Shown here one piece after another: positions 16,968 through 24,203 of a stretch of DNA of 24,203 bases (the first letter of the stretch is position 1; every line of letters starts with the position of its first letter). The position numbers and the translations under genes are program-made. The notes beneath the pieces are model-generated. The model made no database searches. It had not been told where the DNA came from and saw nothing but the letters and a program-made list of their open reading frames with translations. The DNA is from a virus (Duplodnaviria; Caudoviricetes), in IMG/VR virus record IMGVR_UViG_3300031519_000220, positions 1-24,203 of that record; one strand, given 5' to 3'.

Positions 16968-19900
16968 ATGCCGTCAATCAATGTAGATGTAGGAGCTAAT
17001 ATTAGCTTGAATCAATCTTCTGTAAGAAGAGTGAGGTCTGATGCAAAATCATTATTGCGGGATGTTACTGGCGGAAGAGGCGGAGTTAATTTTAATGTTA
17101 ACTCAAAGTCTTTTACTCAACCGTTGGGTCAAATTACGAATGCCTCTAATGAATTCAGCAAATCACTTGAAGCTTCAAATGCCAGAGTTTTAGCTTTTGG
17201 AGCTTCAGTTGCAATAATCAATGCTGTTCAGGGGGCATTTAGAAGTTTAGTAGAGACATCCATTGATCTGCAAAAAACTTTAACAGACATTAATGTGGTT
17301 CTAGGCTTATCCTTAGAAGGCATTGAGAATTTTGGAACTAAATTATTTGGTGTTGCAAAAAATACCGCACAAAGTTTTGGCGTTGCGGCAGAAGCAGCTC
17401 TAGAATTTTCAAGGCAAGGCCTATCGGTTGAGGAAACCCTTAGAAGGACAAACGATGCCCTTACATTAACTCGACTAACTGGACTTGATGCATCAGAATC
17501 TGTGTCTGGATTAACTGCGGCAATCAATGGTCTTGGGGATGCAGCATTAACTACCACCGACATTATTGATAAATTTGCAGCGGTTGATGTAAAATTTGCA
17601 GTAAGTGCTGAGGATTTAGTTAGAGCACTAGCAAGAACAGGTGCAGTTGCTAGTGATGTAGGATTAGATATTGATAAATTATCTGGGATGGTAGCAGCCT
17701 TACAGCAAACTACAGCTAGAGGTGGACCAGTTATAGGTAACGCTTTAAAAACAATTTTTACCAGGTTACAGAGGCCAGCCACTATAAGCTCACTAGAAGA
17801 TATGGGGGTTGTTACTAGAGATTTATCTGGCACCCTTTTAAGCGCAGACTCAATACTAACTAATCTCTCTAAATCATTTGATGGATTAAGCCAGTCCCAG
17901 CAATCTAATACTGTTCAAATGGTGGCGGGAATATTTCAAGCAAACATACTTAGGGCATTGCTAAAAGATTTAAAAAAAGACCAAAGTCTTTTTGCTCAAG
18001 CTACAGAAGTTGCTAGTGAAGCAAACGGTGAGGCGGCTAAGAAAACAGAGCAATTAAATAAAACTCTCGCTGCCCTAGGAAGCCAAACTCTTACATCTTT
18101 TCAGGCTCTTGCAAAAACTATTGGTGACATCGCTCTTGCCCCAGGAATTAAAGATATACTTAGCGGATTAAAGTCGGTGTCCGAAACATTCAATGATCTT
18201 TTTGGAGGAGGAGAAAACCAAGGAAATGATTTTGCAAAAGGGTTACTAAAAGGAATAGGTAATATTCTCACTGGCCCTGGACTAGCGGTTCTTGCTGCTG
18301 TTTTTGGAAAACTAATATATAATGTTACAAGATTTGCGGCATCTGGTGTGCAGGATATATTAGGAATAGTTTCTGCAAAAGAAAAGCAAAAAGCAGTAGA
18401 GCAATCAATATTAACCCTACTTCAAACAAATAAAGGAGTAACTGAAAGCTTAAACAAGTTGGAACAAAGCAGGGGAGAGCAAGAAAAATACATCCTTGGA
18501 TTAATAAAAATGCAAACAAGTGCATTAAGGGAGCAAGAGGCCCTAGCAAGGGCTGTAGCTCCTGGTTTAGTGAGGAAAGGTGTTCAGTCAGATCTAATAA
18601 TAAAAAGAGGAGGCAGAACCGCCTCAGGCGGGCTAGTTCCAGAAGAAAATGCGGCATTAGGTTTGATGCCAGCGCAAAAAGAAAGAATAGGGGCATTTAA
18701 GGGAGGATACTCTCCAGGGGCAGTAAGCACAATGGATGTAAAAGGCATGGGCACTGTTGTATATAACAAAGCCGAAACGGTTAAAAAGTTCCCAAATTTT
18801 TCTCAACCTGCAATTATGCCTCCAGAAAAAAGCAGGGCAGGAAAAAACTACAAAGAGAAGTTTTCAAGCACTCACGGCTTTAACCCATATGCAAACGACG
18901 GACTCGTTCCAAATTTTGGATTAAGACCAAATAGGCAATTGCTAAATAGCATACCTAATATGAAATTGCTAACCTCTCCGCTTGGTTATTCTAAGTTTAA
19001 TAGTGATACAGATTTTGCGAAAAAAACTCTAGCTATATCAGAACTAGAAAGAATGCGATACGGAGGAAAACAAGCGAGATCTAGATATGCGCATCAAGAA
19101 GGAACTTTAAAATTTGACACAGATGTTGAGCATTTAAGAGGGGGGATTTTTACAACTAGAATAAGAGATAGCTTAGGAAGAGAAAAAGAGTTAAGCTTAG
19201 GCAAGCTACTAGAAAAAGCTGGAATAAAATCAGTAAGAACAGAATTAGAACTAGGTAGAATTCCATATGCAGAGGCAACTAATACTCCTCTAGATAAAAA
19301 ACTTCCAGAAGATATAACAAAAGTTCTAGCAAATACAAAAAATAGCAATAATGACAGAAAAGGAGAACTGGGAGAAGCATCTTATTTAAAAGTATTTGGA
19401 GCAAAAGATAAAAATGGAAATCTAATAAAAGATGGAGACCAGTTTGCGGAGACAGCTATAGCGGGATATGTAGGTACAACAAAAAATTCTAGAGTAGACG
19501 CTATAATGAAGGGGGCAAAATCTGCAGAGATAAAAGCTGGGGGAGCCAGCCTTACCGATGTTGCCCAAAAAGGAATGAGTTTATATTCAAATCGTGGATT
19601 TATTAATGAAATAATGAACGTAGGAGGAAGAGAAATTCAAAGAGGAACACATCACGGAATGCCTCAAGTTGCCGAAAGAGGAAAGCAAATCATGTATGTA
19701 GCCGAGCAGATGAGGCTCAAGAATATGAAAAACTCATTACTTGAACTGCATAAATTAAAAATGTGGCCAGCAAGAGATGGATCTCATGAAGCGAATATAA
19801 GATATAAATATGCTAAAGATTTGGCTGGCGGCGATAAACTAGGGTCAGCAATCATGCAAGGAAGGTTTAAGGTTACAGATGCAGACAGAAAAATGCTTGA

Positions 19901-22900
19901 TGACTATAGCTTGCACGATGGATTGGTTCCTAATGCTTCGGCTGGATTCATTCCTCGTTATAATCCAGATGCATTTGATAATGATAGAACTTATCAGTTT
20001 ATGCAAAACAAGCATAAAGAGGTAACTAGACCATTTTTTGAAAGACTCAGGGCGGGAGAGGCATACGGAAGTACGGATGCAAGGATTAATGATAGCTTAA
20101 TGAAGAGTGGCGAAGGATCTCCTGCCGAAGGAACATTTAAATCGACTGAAAGAGGAGAGCGCAAAATAGACGCACCAAGAGCTTTATCATTTTTTGAAAA
20201 ATCTGCAAAAAAAATTGGGCCAGTTGCGGCTGCTCAATTTATGATAGATCACGAAATGATGACAGATAGGGAAGCTCAAAAAGCAATACAAGATTTAAGA
20301 GGAGAAGCCGCACGAAGATCAGAAGGTGGCACTCAATCTAAAATGCCTATAGTTAAGCATTTAGATGAAGTAGAAAAGAATGCAGGTAAATTAAAATTTT
20401 TCGAAAAACAATATCCTGAAGATGCAGCAAAGTTTATGAGGGGTGTAGTCACAGGGGAGTCCGAAACGAGAAAAGGATATAAAAAAATACTCCCTAAAAA
20501 ATCAGGGCCTCAAATTGGAACAGACAGAATAAGATCAAGAAGAATGTCTCTACATAACTTAATTAGAAATAAAACAAAATCGCCGCATGGAGAATACAAA
20601 AACCTTTCTGATTTCCGAAATCAAACAGGGGCATTTGCTAGCAGCAATACTAGTTCAACTGAATCAGTTTTACGAGAAGAACGAGCAAGAAGAACTAGGG
20701 AAGCTTACATGCAGAAGATGCAGAAAGACGAGGGTTCAACTAGTAATCGCAAGTATAATTCTGTAACGGGGCAATTTGGAGCCAACATAGGCACTAAGAC
20801 AAGAAAAGCATTAGTTTCAGAAATAGGCATGGTGCCTGGCCCAGGATATAAGACGATCAACAGGCAAGCCGAAAAAAGTAAAGAACTTAATATCGGGGGG
20901 AATTCAAGTGTTAAATCGGTGTTGCAAGAAAGAACTCGATATAACCCAGAGACATTTAAGCAAGAAAAATTAGGAACAGATAGAGTGCTGTCAGTAGGCG
21001 GGCTTTATTCTCGTGGTGGAGAATCTGGGGCATTAGTACTTAAAAGATTGCTTAAAGAAATAACTTCTGCTGCACGTTCTGGTCAGCCATACACTGCTAT
21101 TGATGCAGGCCCAGTAATAGGGCCAAGGATTCCGTCAGTCATAATAAAAGCAAAAACAGTTTTAGACAGAATAAGGGAAAAAGAAGCAAAGAAGGCAAAT
21201 ACAGGAATGGCTCATACCAATATACCTCATATGAGGCTCCAAGGTTTTTTGACTCCCAGGAAACTGTTCAAAGGGCTGGCATCTAGAAGAAGGGAAAATA
21301 TAACAGAAGGAGGAACGATAAAAAGAGACCAAAGATCTCATTCTCAATATCAATTTGGAGAAGAAGGAGTACTAAAAGATTCGCTTAAGAATCTTTTTAA
21401 GAGCAGCTCGGGCAAATATTTAGGGCGGCGAGGAGAAGAGACTTCTCTTAGGAAGTTTCTTAAGTCACAAGATATTAGATATCTGGAAAAGTCAGTCTAT
21501 GGGGAGGGAGGGTTTAGCTCTGGATTAATACCTAATTTTTCAGAGTACATTTTTGATGCAGATAGAATCGCAGGAAAAGAAAAAAATCCAATACTTAATG
21601 CCATACTAGAAAGCGACAGTCGTATTAAAAAAGATTTGATTATAGGTCCATCTGGAGCAGGAAAAACAGAATATGCAAAAACTTTAGGAAATCCATTTAT
21701 TAATAGTGTTGATGATATAGCAAAAGCCACACAAATAACAATGCTATCTGGAGCAGGCAGAGCAAAAGATGAAAGTATGATGTCCGCTGGCTTGCAAAAA
21801 ATAATATCTTCCGTAAATAATTCAGGGGGGAATATTAACTTTCTTGAGGCAGGGGACGATCAAATAAAGAATCAAAGGCATGGCAGGATAGCTAAAGCTA
21901 TGGAAGGAGCCGCAGGATCAAGCGACCTGAGAAGTGTAGGGCAATTAAAGGGCACTGGGTATGCGCCTCTTAACCAACTTGACTTTATGTCAAAAATTAA
22001 AAAAGTGGCAGGCAGCTTTTCTGTTATAAAAAACCTTGGAGCAGGGAAGGGTTTCTTAAAAAATCAAATTCCAAATTTCGCAAGAGGATTCGGTTTTATG
22101 CCAGAAGATGTAAAATCAAAAATAAGAATGGGTAGAGCGCTTAACCTAGAAAAAAGAAACAGAGCTCTAGAAGGAAGAGACCCCAAATTGTTCGATCAAC
22201 ATTATCCCCATCCTTTTCTTAATAGAGGATCAAAAGAAAGATTAGATTTCCATAGGGCAAAGGGAGATGGACATAATGAGCAAATAATGGAATCAAAATT
22301 AAATTTTAAAAATTTTGAAATAAGTGGGGCGATTAGAAGAGACGCCAATAAGGGGCTAATATCTGAAGAAGAAAAGATTAGATATTCAAATTTATTAAAA
22401 GATAGTAAGAATCCAAATGGAGAATTAATAAATTTAGATAAAAAATACATAGGGGGAACATCATTAGGGGGAATGTCTGAAACAGACAAACTTCAAAAAT
22501 TAAGCCGCTATCAAATGCAATTATCTAATTTACAAAAAACGAAAAAAGATTTAAAGTCTCTTGACTTTAAAGATGGATACGATGATTTTGAATATGCTGC
22601 AAAATTAAGAAACTCAATAGTAAATCAAGAAAGTATTCTTCCTAAGGGCCCAGCATTAAAAGAATTAAAATCATATCAAAAACTAAAAAATACATATTCC
22701 CAATATTTAGACAGAACAAGATACTTGGACTCAGATACAAGATTGTCAATAGGGGCAGTTAGAAAATTCGGAAGAAACCCTCATGAAAAAGTAATAAATG
22801 ATTTGACTGGCACACACCTAGGGTCTAAGGGAGGTATAGCGAGATCAATTGGGGCGAAAGATGGCGACGAAGTATTTGATTACTTGACATATCAAACAAA

Positions 22901-24203
22901 AAAAGAATTACTTGAGGGGAAGGGTGTTGGTCATGTACTAAGAGACAACAACAGGAAGAGATATCTGAGCGATGGATTAGTTCCTAATTTTGGAATATTA
23001 AGCAACTTAACGAAAAGGTTTAAGACTTTTCCTCAGCAAAGTTCTCAAATTCATGCTTACAAAAAAGAACAAGATTTAAAAAATAATCCAAATTTCAGAA
23101 TGGGAATGGCGAAAGAGATGTACAACTCAATGTCCAATCCGCGTAGACAAATACGAAACAATCTCCCCGACTCATTAAGCATCAAGAATTGGATTAAAAA
23201 AAATAGAGAATTCCATGGTTCAAATATGGGGATAAAATCTGGAGTAGTTCAGGCTGAAGGTCTGGCAAAAAAAGATATCGCTAAAAACCAGATAGAAAAA
23301 ACAAAACATGAAACCTCATTAAGGTTAGGAGCGGCTAGACGTGTCGCTCTAAGCGGACCAGCGCTCCCAACAATAGGAGAAAAGATTGCAGGAGCAGAAA
23401 AGAAATCATTGGCCAGGAGGATATGGAAAGGCTCTGAGCAAGAAGGATGGCAATCACTTGAAAAACGAAGACAAAAGGTTTCCGCAGGGCCAGGAGTAGG
23501 TCATATGTATAGTATACTGCCTAAAGAAAAAGGATACAACGCTCCTTTTGAACCTAATACCATGTTAAAATTTAAAGGAAATGAAGGGCATGACATAGAA
23601 TCTAGATACAGAACAAGAGGCCGCAACGCATCATATAAAGAACCCGCTAGGCATGGAACGGTTTACGACAAAGTGCTAGAGGTGGGAGAAATTGCATCCA
23701 CGAAACAAGGGCAATCTGTATACAAAAGAATAATTAATGAAATATTAGCTTCAGCTAAATCAGGAAGACCTTATACCGTACTAGATGCTGGGCATATAGT
23801 AGGAGAAAGAATCCCCAGCGCTATAGTTGGACTAAAGAAGATCCTTGACAGGCGAAGAGAAAAATCAGAATTCTTTATTCCTAAAATTAGACTCGAAGGA
23901 GAAATGAATTCTCCAGAGTTTTTGGAAAGAAAAATAAAGATGAATAATGCTCCTGAGGGTGGATTGTTCGGAAAGCAGGGACAAAAATTCAAAAATGCAC
24001 TAGATACTCTTGATCCTACGGGGCAAAGAATCAGCCATACAAACAATGTAAGGCTGGAAAGCTTAAAATTCGAGTTAAACGAAGGGTTTGTTCCTAACTT
24101 TGCAAAGCTATCAACATTAAGGGGAAAACTTTTTAATAAAAAACAAAAAAAGGATGAAGGGTTAAGATTTAATACAACAAAAGAAGGGTTCAGGATTCCT
24201 CAT
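16968..24203 (+). CDS. Tape measure protein with multi-domain cargo region, 3' truncated (>=2412 aa)
   Basis: ATG 16968 with SD; the frame appears open to the window end (I translated 18600-24203 fully with no stop, and no stop-terminated ORF from 16968 is in the track). N-terminal TP901-type core EFSRQGLS...IIDKFAAVD...TARGGPVIGNALKTIFTRL...LEDMGV and a hydrophobic segment near 18270-18370. Confidence 0.9.
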   Translation, partial: MPSINVDVGANISLNQSSVRRVRSDAKSLLRDVTGGRGGVNFNVNSKSFTQPLGQITNASNEFSKSLEASNARVLAFGASVAIINAVQGAFRSLVETSIDLQKTLTDINVVLGLSLEGIENFGTKLFGVAKNTAQSFGVAAEAALEFSRQGLSVEETLRRTNDALTLTRLTGLDASESVSGLTAAINGLGDAALTTTDIIDKFAAVDVKFAVSAEDLVRALARTGAVASDVGLDIDKLSGMVAALQQTTARGGPVIGNALKTIFTRLQRPATISSLEDMGVVTRDLSGTLLSADSILTNLSKSFDGLSQSQQSNTVQMVAGIFQANILRALLKDLKKDQSLFAQATEVASEANGEAAKKTEQLNKTLAALGSQTLTSFQALAKTIGDIALAPGIKDILSGLKSVSETFNDLFGGGENQGNDFAKGLLKGIGNILTGPGLAVLAAVFGKLIYNVTRFAASGVQDILGIVSAKEKQKAVEQSILTLLQTNKGVTESLNKLEQSRGEQEKYILGLIKMQTSALREQEALARAVAPGLVRKGVQSDLIIKRGGRTASGGLVPEENAALGLMPAQKERIGAFKGGYSPGAVSTMDVKGMGTVVYNKAETVKKFPNFSQPAIMPPEKSRAGKNYKEKFSSTHGFNPYANDGLVPNFGLRPNRQLLNSIPNMKLLTSPLGYSKFNSDTDFAKKTLAISELERMRYGGKQARSRYAHQEGTLKFDTDVEHLRGGIFTTRIRDSLGREKELSLGKLLEKAGIKSVRTELELGRIPYAEATNTPLDKKLPEDITKVLANTKNSNNDRKGELGEASYLKVFGAKDKNGNLIKDGDQFAETAIAGYVGTTKNSRVDAIMKGAKSAEIKAGGASLTDVAQKGMSLYSNRGFINEIMNVGGREIQRGTHHGMPQVAERGKQIMYVAEQMRLKNMKNSLLELHKLKMWPARDGSHEANIRYKYAKDLAGGDKLGSAIMQGRFKVTDADRKMLDDYSLHDGLVPNASAGFIPRYNPDAFDNDRTYQFMQNKHKEVTRPFFERLRAGEAYGSTDARINDSLMKSGEGSPAEGTFKSTERGERKIDAPRALSFFEKSAKKIGPVAAAQFMIDHEMMTDREAQKAIQDLRGEAARRSEGGTQSKMPIVKHLDEVEKNAGKLKFFEKQYPEDAAKFMRGVVTGESETRKGYKKILPKKSGPQIGTDRIRSRRMSLHNLIRNKTKSPHGEYKNLSDFRNQTGAFASSNTSSTESVLREERARRTREAYMQKMQKDEGSTSNRKYNSVTGQFGANIGTKTRKALVSEIGMVPGPGYKTINRQAEKSKELNIGGNSSVKSVLQERTRYNPETFKQEKLGTDRVLSVGGLYSRGGESGALVLKRLLKEITSAARSGQPYTAIDAGPVIGPRIPSVIIKAKTVLDRIREKEAKKANTGMAHTNIPHMRLQGFLTPRKLFKGLASRRRENITEGGTIKRDQRSHSQYQFGEEGVLKDSLKNLFKSSSGKYLGRRGEETSLRKFLKSQDIRYLEKSVYGEGGFSSGLIPNFSEYIFDADRIAGKEKNPILNAILESDSRIKKDLIIGPSGAGKTEYAKTLGNPFINSVDDIAKATQITMLSGAGRAKDESMMSAGLQKIISSVNNSGGNINFLEAGDDQIKNQRHGRIAKAMEGAAGSSDLRSVGQLKGTGYAPLNQLDFMSKIKKVAGSFSVIKNLGAGKGFLKNQIPNFARGFGFMPEDVKSKIRMGRALNLEKRNRALEGRDPKLFDQHYPHPFLNRGSKERLDFHRAKGDGHNEQIMESKLNFKNFEISGAIRRDANKGLISEEEKIRYSNLLKDSKNPNGELINLDKKYIGGTSLGGMSETDKLQKLSRYQMQLSNLQKTKKDLKSLDFKDGYDDFEYAAKLRNSIVNQESILPKGPALKELKSYQKLKNTYSQYLDRTRYLDSDTRLSIGAVRKFGRNPHEKVINDLTGTHLGSKGGIARSIGAKDGDEVFDYLTYQTKKELLEGKGVGHVLRDNNRKRYLSDGLVPNFGILSNLTKRFKTFPQQSSQIHAYKKEQDLKNNPNFRMGMAKEMYNSMSNPRRQIRNNLPDSLSIKNWIKKNREFHGSNMGIKSGVVQAEGLAKKDIAKNQIEKTKHETSLRLGAARRVALSGPALPTIGEKIAGAEKKSLARRIWKGSEQEGWQSLEKRRQKVSAGPGVGHMYSILPKEKGYNAPFEPNTMLKFKGNEGHDIESRYRTRGRNASYKEPARHGTVYDKVLEVGEIASTKQGQSVYKRIINEILASAKSGRPYTVLDAGHIVGERIPSAIVGLKKILDRRREKSEFFIPKIRLEGEMNSPEFLERKIKMNNAPEGGLFGKQGQKFKNALDTLDPTGQRISHTNNVRLESLKFELNEGFVPNFAKLSTLRGKLFNKKQKKDEGLRFNTTKEGFRIPH
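18630..24101 (+). repeat. Dispersed peptide repeat G-[LF]-[VI]-P-N-F within tape measure gene
   Basis: GLVPE 18630, GLVPNF 18900, GLVPNA 19920 + GFIPRY 19944, GLIPNF 21522, GFLKNQIPNF 22050-22079, GLVPNF 22974, GFVPNF 24084. Confidence 0.9.

Noticed and set aside
21417-21500. YLGRRGEETSLRKFLKSQDIRY resembles the first helix of a YraN-like PD-(D/E)xK nuclease
   Set aside because: A linker follows within about 30 residues and no D...ExK appears; at most a remnant, and possibly chance.
17228-24046. Minus-strand ORFs listed in the track within 17228-24046
   Set aside because: They are antisense shadows of the continuous + strand tape measure ORF and have no recognisable motifs.
18900-24101. Linker repeats as CRISPR, intein or DNA recombination sites
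   Set aside because: Spacing is 0.5-1.6 kb and irregular, the nucleotide sequence varies at synonymous sites, and there are no intein C/S...HN termini.
1-24203. Alternative genetic code (stop reassignment), tRNA genes, or a contractile tail sheath
   Set aside because: Genes tile densely under the standard code, intergenic gaps show no cloverleaf, and no sheath-like gene precedes the tube.

Overview
The window is the virion morphogenesis region of a large, AT-rich tailed dsDNA phage, probably a siphovirus because no sheath gene is visible. In order it holds: the end of a thermonuclease gene, a C2H2-zinc-finger/ERCC4 nuclease, large terminase, two small divergent genes, portal, prohead protease-scaffold, decoration protein, major capsid, head-tail joining genes interrupted by an inverted three-gene cassette, two paralogous tail-tube genes, and a very long tape measure gene (16968 to beyond the window end, at least 2412 codons, absent from the ORF track because it has no stop). 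The most striking feature is in the tape measure protein. After a ~550 aa TP901-type core it becomes a string of 170-520 aa modules separated by a recurring G-[LF]-[VI]-P-N-F peptide. The modules include a PD-(D/E)xK nuclease-like domain, a P-loop kinase-like domain and two diverged copies of a possibly GNAT-like domain. This suggests a virion-delivered, possibly proteolytically processed effector polyprotein (inference). A GTGTA-containing motif precedes most structural genes (candidate late promoter, partly leaderless), while two TTGAAA-17-TA(T/A)(A/T)AT sigma70-type promoters drive the interspersed genes. All calls come from manual translation and motif recognition; no database searches were run.
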